Shown here: positions 8,391 through 17,080 of the stretch, in pieces | How positions within the stretch are numbered: the stretch's first letter is position 1 | Layout of the letters: the number at the start of each line of letters is the position of its first letter | Origin: a virus | Lineage: Duplodnaviria > Caudoviricetes | Length of the DNA stretch: 53,813 nt | Direction: 5' to 3' (one strand) | IMG/VR virus record: IMGVR_UViG_3300020109_000024 | Location: 1 to 53,813 of that record | The notes under the pieces: model-generated | Told to the model about the DNA's origin: nothing | The model's database searches: none | The model's input: the letters and a program-made list of their open reading frames with translations, nothing else | Program-made: the position numbers and the translations under genes

Positions 8391-10004
8391 ATGGCCGGAA
8401 CGTTCCAGACCCGGCTGAGGGTGAAGGGTACGGGCGAGGTCGTCGCACCGATGGCGATGACCGACCTGTCGGGCGGCGCAAGCGCGGTCGAGACGACTCC
8501 CTACGAGGTGGCCGGGGGCACCGGCCGACGCTCGAAATCTTGGCGGGTCGGATCGTGGGGGCCAAACGCCGCGATCACCTATGCGCTCGACGAGCTGCGG
8601 CGGAAATCGCGCGACCTCAGTCGGAAGAACGCCTTCGCCGGGGCGGCCGTCGACAAGCTCGTCGACAACATCATCGGCACCGGGATCGTCCCGCGCTCGA
8701 TCGCTGCCCGCCCGGTCGCGGGCCTGAGCGAGGAGCAGGCGAAGCGGGTCAAGCAGGAGGATGCCGCGTTCCGCGCTGCCCTGCAGGAGCTGTTCCTAGC
8801 CTGGACCGACGAGGCAGATTCGACCGGGGCGCACGATTTCTACGGACTGCAGGCCATCGCGGTGACCGGCATGGTCGAAGGCGGCGAGAGCTTCACCCGC
8901 CTGCGCACCCGGCTCCTGTCCGACGGTCTCACCGTGCCGCTCCAGTTGCAGGTTCTGGAAGGGGACCACTGCGATCATCTGAAGACGGATCAGACCAACC
9001 GCGTCCGTCAGGGCATCCAGTTCAGCGCGATCGGCGCGCGCACCGGCTATTGGCTTCGGCGCGAGCATCCCGGTGATGGCGCCATCACCGGCGCGGGCTT
9101 CGAGGAAACCCTCGTGCCGGCTGGCGACATCTGCCACCTCTACCGAGCACGGCGCCCCGGGCAGGACCGCGGCGAGCCCTGGCTCGCGCGGGCGCTGCGC
9201 ACCCTCTACGACCTCGACCAGTATTTCGACGCCGAGCTGGTGCGGAAGAAGAACGCCGCCCGCCTCGTCGCCTTCATCAAGAAAAGCTTCGACGCGGAGG
9301 GCGAGGGCGAGCCGGGCGGCGGGCCGATGGGCTCCGATCCGGCCGACGACGACGGTGTGGCTGCTATCGAGATGGAGCCCGGCACGGTGCAGGTGCTCGC
9401 CGAGGGCGAAGACGTCGAGATGTGCGAGCCGGCCGATGTCGGCACGAACTTCGAACCCTTCGTGCGCGAGGCCAAGCGCAGCGTCGCCGCGGCGGTGGGG
9501 CTGCTCTACGAGGTGCTGAGCGGCGACTACAGCCAGATGGACGACCGCACGCTGCGCGCGGCGCTCAACGACTTCCGCCGCTCCGTCGAGCGATGGCAGC
9601 ACCACCTCGTCGTGTTCCAGCTTTGCCGGCCGATCTGGCGCCGCTGGATCGACCTCGCCCTGCTCTCCGGCGCGCTGAAATTGCCGGCCGGCATGACCCG
9701 GCAGCAGGCTTATGCGGTCGAGTGGGTGCCGCAGGCGTGGTCCTACATCCACCCGGTGCAGGACGTCGAAGGCAAGATGAAGGAGGTCCAGGCGGGCTTC
9801 TCGACGCGCACCCGCGTCGTCGCCCGGGCCGGCTACGACGTCGAGCAGGTCGATGCCGAGAACGCGGCCGACAACGCCCGGGCCGACGACCTCAAGCTCT
9901 CCTACACCTCGGACGGGCGCAAGGCCGAGAAAGCGCCGGCCGCCGCCGCGCCCGCGCAACCCGACGACCCGCCCCGGCCCAACGATCCGAAGGAGCCGCA
10001 ATGA
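8391..10004 (+). CDS. Portal protein, lambda family
   Basis: RKSRDLSRKN, RPGQDRGEPW, YEVLSGDYS, W.YIHPVQD motifs. Confidence 0.95.
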   Translation: MAGTFQTRLRVKGTGEVVAPMAMTDLSGGASAVETTPYEVAGGTGRRSKSWRVGSWGPNAAITYALDELRRKSRDLSRKNAFAGAAVDKLVDNIIGTGIVPRSIAARPVAGLSEEQAKRVKQEDAAFRAALQELFLAWTDEADSTGAHDFYGLQAIAVTGMVEGGESFTRLRTRLLSDGLTVPLQLQVLEGDHCDHLKTDQTNRVRQGIQFSAIGARTGYWLRREHPGDGAITGAGFEETLVPAGDICHLYRARRPGQDRGEPWLARALRTLYDLDQYFDAELVRKKNAARLVAFIKKSFDAEGEGEPGGGPMGSDPADDDGVAAIEMEPGTVQVLAEGEDVEMCEPADVGTNFEPFVREAKRSVAAAVGLLYEVLSGDYSQMDDRTLRAALNDFRRSVERWQHHLVVFQLCRPIWRRWIDLALLSGALKLPAGMTRQQAYAVEWVPQAWSYIHPVQDVEGKMKEVQAGFSTRTRVVARAGYDVEQVDAENAADNARADDLKLSYTSDGRKAEKAPAAAAPAQPDDPPRPNDPKEPQ

Positions 10005-10903
10005 CGAGCGCGCTGCGCGCCCTGACGGCCGAGCCGTGGGCGATCCGTCCCGACTACCTGCACTTCATGGCCTCGCTCGCGAGCCTCGACCGCGACGGGC
10101 GCGCCGATCGCCGCTCCGCCGAGGGTGAGGACTGGTTCCGGCTCGACCTCGCCGCCGCGGCCGGCCCGACCGCGCAGCGGCTTGAGGGCGCGCGCTACGC
10201 CATGCTCACCCGCGAGGGCGTGGCGATCATCCCGGTGGTTGGCCCGATCTTCCCGCGGGCCAACCTCATGACCGAGATGTCCGGTACGGGCACCTCGGCG
10301 GCGATGCTGTCGCGCGATCTCCTGCTGGCCCGGGACAGCGCCGACGTCGGCGCGGTGCTGCTGATGGTGGATTCGCCCGGCGGCTCGCCGACCGGCATCA
10401 ACGCGCTCGCCGACCAGATCTACGCCATGCGCGGGCGCAAGCGCGTCCTGGCGCACGTCACCGGCACCTGCGCCTCCGCCGCCTACTGGCTCGCCTCGGC
10501 CGCGGGCGAACTCGCCGTCGAGAAGACCGGCATCGTCGGCTCGATCGGCGTGGTGGCGGCGGTGCCGAAGCAGGTCGAGCCGGACGCCTCCGGCACGCTG
10601 TCGATCGAGATCGTCTCGTCGAGCGCGCCGAACAAGCGGCCCGACCCGCAGACCGATGAGGGCGCGGCCGAGATCCGGACCCTCCTCGACGCGATTGAGA
10701 CGCAGTTCATCGCCGACGTCGCCCGCGGCCGGAAGACGACCCCGGCCCGCGTGCAGAACGACTTCGGCCGCGGCGGCGTGAAGGTCGGGGCCGATGCGGT
10801 CGCCGCCGGCATGGCCGACCGCGTCCAGACCTACGAGCGCAGCCTCATCGACCTGACCCGCACCGCCTCGGCCGAGCGCCGGGCCCGTGCGGCGCGGGGC
10901 TGA
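10001..10903 (+). CDS. S49 family capsid maturation protease (gpC-like)
   Basis: DSPGG, CASAAYWLAS, GSIGVV; ATG overlaps the portal stop. Confidence 0.92.
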   Translation: MTSALRALTAEPWAIRPDYLHFMASLASLDRDGRADRRSAEGEDWFRLDLAAAAGPTAQRLEGARYAMLTREGVAIIPVVGPIFPRANLMTEMSGTGTSAAMLSRDLLLARDSADVGAVLLMVDSPGGSPTGINALADQIYAMRGRKRVLAHVTGTCASAAYWLASAAGELAVEKTGIVGSIGVVAAVPKQVEPDASGTLSIEIVSSSAPNKRPDPQTDEGAAEIRTLLDAIETQFIADVARGRKTTPARVQNDFGRGGVKVGADAVAAGMADRVQTYERSLIDLTRTASAERRARAARG

Positions 10904-10970
10904 CGCCAAACCGATCCGGCCACCGAGCCGGTAACCCGGCGCTCCGCGCCATTCACCGAAGGACGACACC

Positions 10971-11555
10971 ATGGCCGCCGATCTGGCAGCCCTTCGCCGT
11001 GATCGCGCGAAGGCCTCCGCCCGCATGTCCGAACTGGTCGCCGCCGCGCGCGGCCGTTCGATGACCGACGACGAATCCCGCGACTTCGAGGCCGCGTCCG
11101 CCGAGGTCACCCGCCTCGACGGCGAGATCTCGGCCGGCGAGGGCAAGAACACCGTGGACGCCAGCACCACGATCTCCCGCGCCGATGCCGGCGAGATCGC
11201 CCGGCTCTGCGCCGATGGCGGCGTGCCCGGCATGACCGCCACGCTGCTCACCGAGGGCGTGTCCGTCGAGGATGCCAAGAAGCGCATCGCGGCGGCCGGC
11301 GAGGCCAAGAACCTCGTGGCGCTCGCCCGCGCCAAGGATCCGAGCATCCCCGAGGATCTGGCCGCGTCGATGCTCGCCGAGGGCAAGACCGTCGAGCAGA
11401 TCCGCACGGCGCTCTTCGACAAGCTCGTGGCGGCCGAGGACAAGACCTCGATCTCCAGCCACGTCCCCGCGCCGCAGGGCAATGCCGGCGCTCCCGCAGC
11501 CAGGGCCAGCATGGAGCGCGAGATCGCGCGGGCCGGCCTCAAGAAGGAGGCCTGA
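10971..11555 (+). CDS. Probable capsid scaffolding protein
   Basis: Helical Ala-rich protein between protease and decoration gene; internal repeat LxxGxS/TVE. Confidence 0.6.
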   Translation: MAADLAALRRDRAKASARMSELVAAARGRSMTDDESRDFEAASAEVTRLDGEISAGEGKNTVDASTTISRADAGEIARLCADGGVPGMTATLLTEGVSVEDAKKRIAAAGEAKNLVALARAKDPSIPEDLAASMLAEGKTVEQIRTALFDKLVAAEDKTSISSHVPAPQGNAGAPAARASMEREIARAGLKKEA

Positions 11556-11558
11556 TCC

Positions 11559-11933
11559 ATGGCCCTGCTCGAAACCGCCATCGTCGCCTCGGACTGGCTC
11601 AAGGCCGAGGCCGACGCCTACGCCTCGCGGGATACCGCGATCATCGCCACCGGCTCCGGCAAGCTCGTCTCCGGCACCGTGCTGGCAAAGGTCGGGGCGA
11701 AGTACGTTCCGGCTGCCGCCAGCGGCTCGGATGGCTCGCAGACCGCCGTCGCGGTCCTCGTCTTCCCCGTCGACGCGACCAGCGCCGACGCCAAGGCGGT
11801 CATCGTCTCGCGACGCGCCACCGTCAGCCACGCCGGCCTCACCTACGGGGCCTCCATCAACGATGCGACGAAGCGCGCGGCGGCCAACGGCCAGCTTGCC
11901 GCGGCGGGCATCATCGTCCGCCAGGGAGCTTAA
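11559..11933 (+). CDS. Head decoration protein (gpD-like)
   Basis: SRDT...GTVLAK...DGSQTAVAVL motif; upstream of the major capsid gene. Confidence 0.88.
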   Translation: MALLETAIVASDWLKAEADAYASRDTAIIATGSGKLVSGTVLAKVGAKYVPAAASGSDGSQTAVAVLVFPVDATSADAKAVIVSRRATVSHAGLTYGASINDATKRAAANGQLAAAGIIVRQGA

Positions 11934-11936
11934 CCG

Positions 11937-12992
11937 ATGGTCGCGACCATTCTCGACATCTTCAGCCAGGATGCGTTCAGCGCCGCGTCGCTGACCGGCA
12001 CCATCACCATCGTGCCGAACAGCTACGGCCGCATCAACGCGCTCGGGCTGTTCCGGCCCGAGCCGATCCCCACCACCAACGTGACCGTCATCATCGAGGA
12101 CGGCGTGCTGAACCTGCTGCCGACCCGCCCCCGCGGCGGCCCGGCCTCGCTCGGCACCCGCGGGCGGCAGAAGCCGAAGGGCTTCGTCGTGCCGCACATC
12201 CCGCACGAGGACAGCGTGCTGGCGAGCGACGTCCAGAACATGCTCGCGCTCAGCCCGCAGGGCTCGGCCGGCCTGGAAACGGTGCTGGGCTTCCTCAACC
12301 GCAAGCTCATCACCATGCGGCGCAAGCACGCCATCACCCTGGAAAACCTCCGCATGGGGGCACTCAAGGGTATCGTGCGCGACTACGACGGCTCGCCGAT
12401 CGTGAACTACTTCACCGAGTTCGGCGTGACCGAGAAGGTGATCGACTTCGCGCTCGGCACCAGCAACACCGACGTGCTCGGCAAGTGTCAGGACGTGACC
12501 GGGCACATGGAGGACAACCTCCTCGGCGAGACCATGACGGGCGTGCACGCGCTGTGCTCCCCCGAGTGGTTCCGCAAGTTCACCACGCACGCGTCGGTGA
12601 AGGAGGCCTTCAAGTACTACCAGTCCGGCCCGCAGATCCTACGCGAGGACGTCCGCAAGGGCTTCACCTTCGGCGGCATCACCTTCGAGGAATACCGGGG
12701 CGCCGCCTCGTACCTGCAGGAAGACGGCACCCGCACCGCGCCGGAACGGTTCATCCCGGCCGGCGAGGCGCGGTTCTTCCCGCTCGGCACCTCCGACACC
12801 TTCGTCAACTACTGGTCGCCCCCGGACTTCTGGTCCGAGGTCAACCAGGCGCCCGACGTCGGCAGCGCCGAGGTGTTCGTGGCCCCGCTCGAACCGAAGC
12901 GCTTCGGCAAGGGCATGGACATCCACACCGAGTCGAACCCGCTTCCGCTGGTGAAGCGCCCGGTCCTGCTGGTCCGCGGCACCACGAACTGA
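11937..12992 (+). CDS. Major capsid protein (lambda gpE family)
   Basis: DAFSAASLT, TLENLRMGALKG, FTFGGITFEEY, TESNPLP. Confidence 0.93.
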   Translation: MVATILDIFSQDAFSAASLTGTITIVPNSYGRINALGLFRPEPIPTTNVTVIIEDGVLNLLPTRPRGGPASLGTRGRQKPKGFVVPHIPHEDSVLASDVQNMLALSPQGSAGLETVLGFLNRKLITMRRKHAITLENLRMGALKGIVRDYDGSPIVNYFTEFGVTEKVIDFALGTSNTDVLGKCQDVTGHMEDNLLGETMTGVHALCSPEWFRKFTTHASVKEAFKYYQSGPQILREDVRKGFTFGGITFEEYRGAASYLQEDGTRTAPERFIPAGEARFFPLGTSDTFVNYWSPPDFWSEVNQAPDVGSAEVFVAPLEPKRFGKGMDIHTESNPLPLVKRPVLLVRGTTN

Positions 12993-13079
12993 TCGAGCCC
13001 GCCCGCCGGCATCCCGCTGGCGGGCTCACCCGTCACATGAGCGCCCGCGCCGCGGGCCGCAGCATCAGGGAGCAGCGCC

Positions 13080-13352
13080 ATGCGACTGCGCGAGAAGGGG
13101 AAGAAGACCGGCCCGGTCATCACCATGGGCTGGGACGAGGCGCAGGCCGCGCTTCGCGCCGGCACGCATGAGGTCGCGGATGCCGGCGGTTCCGGGTCCG
13201 AGAAGCCGGCCGAGGAGCAGGGCGACAAGCCCGACGACGACCTCGACGACAAGACCAAGGCCGAACTCGAAGCGCTCGCCAAGGAGCGCGGTGTCGACAT
13301 CGGCGAGGCCAAGACCAAGGCCGACATCATCAAGGCGCTGCGCGCGGCCTGA
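13080..13352 (+). CDS. Small virion-region protein with HeH/Rho-N-like C-terminus
   Basis: KTKAELEALAKERGVD...TKADIIKAL. Confidence 0.7.
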   Translation: MRLREKGKKTGPVITMGWDEAQAALRAGTHEVADAGGSGSEKPAEEQGDKPDDDLDDKTKAELEALAKERGVDIGEAKTKADIIKALRAA

Positions 13353-13711
13353 TGAGCGCCTTCGCGATGGCGCTTGACGCCACGTTCGAGGATCCGAACC
13401 ACGGCGCGGACGCCATCTGGCGTTCGGGCGGCACCGGTCCCGGTCTGCCCGTTCGCATCCTGCGCCTGTCGCCCGAGGCCATCGTCGGCCTCGGCGATCA
13501 GCGCTACGACCTCGACGCCATGCTGATCTCGGTGCGGCTTTCCGAGGTGTCCTTCCCGACCGTCGGCGATCAGGTCGACATCCTCGACGAGACGGGCTCG
13601 CTCGCCGAGACCGTCGAGGTGACGAGCCTCGCCCGCATCGACATGCGCCGGCTGGTGCGTACCTGCGGGGTCTCGCCGCTCGCCCCCGACGATCCGGACG
13701 ACGGGCCGTGA
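13352..13711 (+). CDS. Head-tail joining protein (FII-like)
   Basis: Position and size; VRLSEV..PTVGD motif. Confidence 0.65.
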   Translation: MSAFAMALDATFEDPNHGADAIWRSGGTGPGLPVRILRLSPEAIVGLGDQRYDLDAMLISVRLSEVSFPTVGDQVDILDETGSLAETVEVTSLARIDMRRLVRTCGVSPLAPDDPDDGP

Positions 13712-14376
13712 GGTTCAAGACCACTGCCGCCGATCCGCGCGCGGCGCTGAAGGGCAGCGAGGAGCAGATCGCGCGCTCGGTCACCGCCGGCATGCGCGAA
13801 ATCACCGACGGCCTGAAGGAGGATCTGCGCGCCGACGTGCGCGAATCCGGCCTCGGCCAACGCCTCGCCAACACGTGGCGCGGCCAGACCTTTCCGCGGA
13901 CGGGCGAGAGCACCGAGGCTGCGGCTTACGTCTCCAGCAACGCCCCGAAGCTGATCGACGCCTTCGACCGCGGCGTCACCATCACCGCCCGCAACCGCCG
14001 CTTCCTGGCGATCCCGACCCCCGAGGCGGGCGTGCGGCAGATCTCGAAGCGCCGCTCCAAGGGCTCGACCGGCAACACGCTGACACCCGCCGCATGGGAG
14101 CGCGAGACCGGCGTGAAGCTGCGGTTCGTCCCGAGCAAGAACGGCGGCGGCGTGCTTGTGGCGGACGCGTTCTACCGGCGGCAGCCCGCCCGCTACCAGG
14201 GCCGGAAATCCTTCCGCCCGATCAAGGAGGCGGGGCCGGACAAGGGCCGGTCCTTCGTCGTGATCTTCGTGCTGGTCCGGCAGGTGAAGCTCCGGAAGCG
14301 GCTCGACATTGAGGCGACCGCCAAGCGCTGGGCCGACCGCGTGCCGGGCGCCATCGCGGCGCATTGGGAGGCCTGA
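13708..14376 (+). CDS. Tail completion/neck protein (DUF6441-like)
   Basis: GLGQRLANTWR...LAIPT...FVLVRQVKLRKRLD; position. Confidence 0.7.
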   Translation: MRFKTTAADPRAALKGSEEQIARSVTAGMREITDGLKEDLRADVRESGLGQRLANTWRGQTFPRTGESTEAAAYVSSNAPKLIDAFDRGVTITARNRRFLAIPTPEAGVRQISKRRSKGSTGNTLTPAAWERETGVKLRFVPSKNGGGVLVADAFYRRQPARYQGRKSFRPIKEAGPDKGRSFVVIFVLVRQVKLRKRLDIEATAKRWADRVPGAIAAHWEA

Positions 14377-14810
14377 TGCCGAGCAAGCGCGAGCAGGTGA
14401 TCCAGGCGGTGGTCGATCTCGTGAAGGCGGCCCTGCCGAAGGCGACGCACTACCGCAACGAGGAAAAGCCGCAGACCATCCCGACGGGCGGCCAGATCAA
14501 CATCGAGGACGGCGACCCGGGGGAGCCCGAGGTGACGCTGAACCCGACCACGTGGATCTACGAGCACCAGATCCCGGTCGACGTCGCCGCGAACAAGAGC
14601 CGGACGCAGACCGCCGAGGCCCGCCTCGACACCATGATGCAGGCGATCGGCACCGCCGTCGCGGCTGACCGCACGCTCGGCGGGCTCTGCGACTACCTGA
14701 TGGTCACCGCTGCCCAGACCGAGGGCCTGACCTCCGAGGGCGCGCCGACCTCGCGCTACGGGCTCATCACCATCGTGGCCGTCTACGGCACGACCGATCC
14801 CCTGAACTGA
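14376..14810 (+). CDS. Tail terminator-like protein
   Basis: MPSKREQ...DGDPGEPEVTL...ADRTLGGLCD; immediately before the tail tube gene. Confidence 0.75.
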   Translation: MPSKREQVIQAVVDLVKAALPKATHYRNEEKPQTIPTGGQINIEDGDPGEPEVTLNPTTWIYEHQIPVDVAANKSRTQTAEARLDTMMQAIGTAVAADRTLGGLCDYLMVTAAQTEGLTSEGAPTSRYGLITIVAVYGTTDPLN

Positions 14811-14834
14811 ATCACACCGCCAGAGGAGAGACCC

Positions 14835-15776
14835 ATGGGACGCGCGCGCGGCTCGAACGCCATCATGGCGGCTGCATTCGAGGCCACCTACGGAACCCGG
14901 CCAAGCACCGGCTACATGAAGCTGCCCTTCGTCTCGTCGAACCTCGGCGAGGAGCAGGGCCTGATCGGATCCGACCTCCTCGGCTACGGCCGCGAGGCCC
15001 TGCCGCCCTCGCGCGACGTCATCAACAACGACGGCGACGTGGTCGTGCCGCTCGACCTGCGCAACTTCGGGCAGTGGCTCAAGCTGTTCATGGGCGCACC
15101 CGCGACCGCGACCGTGGCCGGCGCGCAGGAGCACGTGTTCTCCTCGGGCGCGGTCAGCCTGCCGTCGATGACGGTCGAAGTCGGCCTGCCGGAAGTGCCG
15201 AGCTACGGGAAGAACTTCGGCGTCCGCGGCAACACGATGCGCGTGCAGATGCAGCGTTCGGGCCTGCTCTCCGCGACGCTCGGACTGATCGCCCAGGGCG
15301 AGGTGAAGGACGCCACGTCGGGCGCCGGCACGCCGACCGAGGCGGCGATCGAGCGGTTCTCGCCGTTCCAGGGGGCGATCACTCGCGCCGGCACTGCCCT
15401 GGCCTCGGTCACCGCGGCCGACTTCACCTACTCGAACCAACTGGAGAAGGTGGAGACGATCCGCGCAGATGGCCGGATCGAGGATGCCGACCCCGGCATG
15501 GTGATGATGTCCGGCTCGATCACCACCCGGTTCGCGAACACGACGCTGCTGGATCAGGCGACCTCAGGCGCGCCGGTCGAACTCACCTTCGGCTGGGTCA
15601 CCGACGAGACGCGCTCGCTCGTGTTCCGGGTGCCGGCGGTCTACCTGCCGCGCGCCAAGACCCCGGTGACGGGGCCGAACGGCGTGCAGGCCACCTTCAA
15701 CTGGCAGGCGGCCAAGGACACGGTCACCGGCAAGACCGTCATCGCCACGCTGCGCAACAACGTGACGAGTTACTAG
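14835..15776 (+). CDS. Major tail tube protein
   Basis: MGRARGSNA, LG.EQGLI.SDLLGYGR, GVQATFNWQAA. Confidence 0.88.
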   Translation: MGRARGSNAIMAAAFEATYGTRPSTGYMKLPFVSSNLGEEQGLIGSDLLGYGREALPPSRDVINNDGDVVVPLDLRNFGQWLKLFMGAPATATVAGAQEHVFSSGAVSLPSMTVEVGLPEVPSYGKNFGVRGNTMRVQMQRSGLLSATLGLIAQGEVKDATSGAGTPTEAAIERFSPFQGAITRAGTALASVTAADFTYSNQLEKVETIRADGRIEDADPGMVMMSGSITTRFANTTLLDQATSGAPVELTFGWVTDETRSLVFRVPAVYLPRAKTPVTGPNGVQATFNWQAAKDTVTGKTVIATLRNNVTSY

Positions 15777-15782
15777 TCGAAG

Positions 15783-15814
15783 CTGTAGGGTGGCCCCTCT
15801 AACCCACCCTACAG
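15783..15814. terminator. Perfect 11-bp hairpin between convergent genes (terminator or GTAG-REP-like)
   Basis: CTGTAGGGTGG-N10-CCACCCTACAG. Confidence 0.6.
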
Positions 15815-15827
15815 AATAATCAAACGG

Positions 15828-16211
15828 TCACGTACAGGTGACCGGCGCTCCACGATTCACGATTTCTTGCCAATTCGGGCCAAGCTCTTCTCTAGCAGAA
15901 AGCGCATTTGCAAATTCAGGGCTTCCTTGCGGGATCATTCGCGCAACAATTCCCTGGTTGAAATTGTTGCTCCAATAGCTAAAACTATCCCCGGATTGAT
16001 CCCCAACAATCACAAAGCGGTCGCCTCCTCGCTTTATGACTTCGACAGAAGTAATTTTATAGGCAAGTTGCCTAGCTCCCGTCGCCCCGCAGGCCGGAGC
16101 TGCATACGTAGAAACTTTGAAAGTGTCCCTAGCCATTGGCTGGATATTAGATGTGGCGCATCCCCCGAGCGCGCCGCACAACGCCATCCCTACGACGTAT
16201 CGAATCAACAT
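15828..16211 (-). CDS. Moron lipoprotein (possible superinfection exclusion)
   Basis: Signal peptide with lipobox LGGC; AT-rich; antisense within the tail operon. Confidence 0.7.
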   Translation of the reverse strand: MLIRYVVGMALCGALGGCATSNIQPMARDTFKVSTYAAPACGATGARQLAYKITSVEVIKRGGDRFVIVGDQSGDSFSYWSNNFNQGIVARMIPQGSPEFANALSAREELGPNWQEIVNRGAPVTCT

Positions 16212-16409
16212 TGCATCCTCCCCAACGGACAGATGCATAGGGCGCGCGATTGAGCGTTGCTATTGCTTCTATACAACAGACAGTTTCTTTCAGAGCGACA
16301 ATAAGACAGGCAATGATCGGTTGAATATATCAAATATTGACGCAAAGATATTTGCCATAATACTGGCTATTGGCGCGCCTCACTCACTAGACAATCATCA
16401 GGAGCAATC

Positions 16410-16829
16410 ATGCTGAAGCTTGCAACTGTACCAACCGAACCGTTCTGGCTCGATCTCGTTCCAGGCGTGCGCGTTCAGGTTCGTCCGATCACGGTCGCTG
16501 CCATGCTCGTCGCCCGCGAGGCTGTCGGCAAGGTCTACCGCGACGAGGACCAGACCGACGTAACGATCCGCGCCGGCATGGCGATGGTACGCGAACTCGC
16601 GCAGCGCGGTATCGTGGCGTGGGAGGGCGTTGGCGACGCCGCGGGCGAGGCCGTCGCCGTGACCCCGGACGCGATTGACGCGCTGCTCGACCATTGGGCC
16701 GCCTACGACGCTCTCGACGCCCTCTACGTTGCTCCGGCCCTGCGGCGGGACCAGGAAAAAAACGAATCCTCGAACTCGCCCGATGGCACTTCGGCGGAGG
16801 CGCCGAATACTGCGACGCCTGCGGCATAG
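16410..16829 (+). CDS. Tail assembly chaperone (gpG-like)
   Basis: Upstream of the tape measure gene; GIVAWEGVGD motif; slippery site near its end. Confidence 0.85.
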   Translation: MLKLATVPTEPFWLDLVPGVRVQVRPITVAAMLVAREAVGKVYRDEDQTDVTIRAGMAMVRELAQRGIVAWEGVGDAAGEAVAVTPDAIDALLDHWAAYDALDALYVAPALRRDQEKNESSNSPDGTSAEAPNTATPAA

Positions 16830-17080
16830 CCTGCCCCGAGTGCCCCTATGCCGTGCATGCGGCTGAGACCGACGAGGGCATCGTGGCCTGGGCAGTGATC
16901 CGTCGCTGCGGCGGGCAGGTCCGGGCTGCCTTCGGCGGCCCCTACGCCCTCGACTACGGGGCGATCCTGATGATGGCGGACGCGATGGGTGCAGGCACAG
17001 CCCTGCTCGCCGACGTGCTGGCGTCAGTCGAGCCGGTGATCGTGAAGGCCTACCGGGAGAGCGCTGACGATGGCGAATAA
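16757..17080 (+). CDS. gpT-like -1 frameshift extension of the tail chaperone
   Basis: A-AAA-AAC heptamer at 16757-16763; the -1 frame is open to 17080 (YCDAC...CPECPY...ALDYGA). Confidence 0.8.
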   Translation, partial: KKRILELARWHFGGGAEYCDACGIACPECPYAVHAAETDEGIVAWAVIRRCGGQVRAAFGGPYALDYGAILMMADAMGAGTALLADVLASVEPVIVKAYRESADDGE

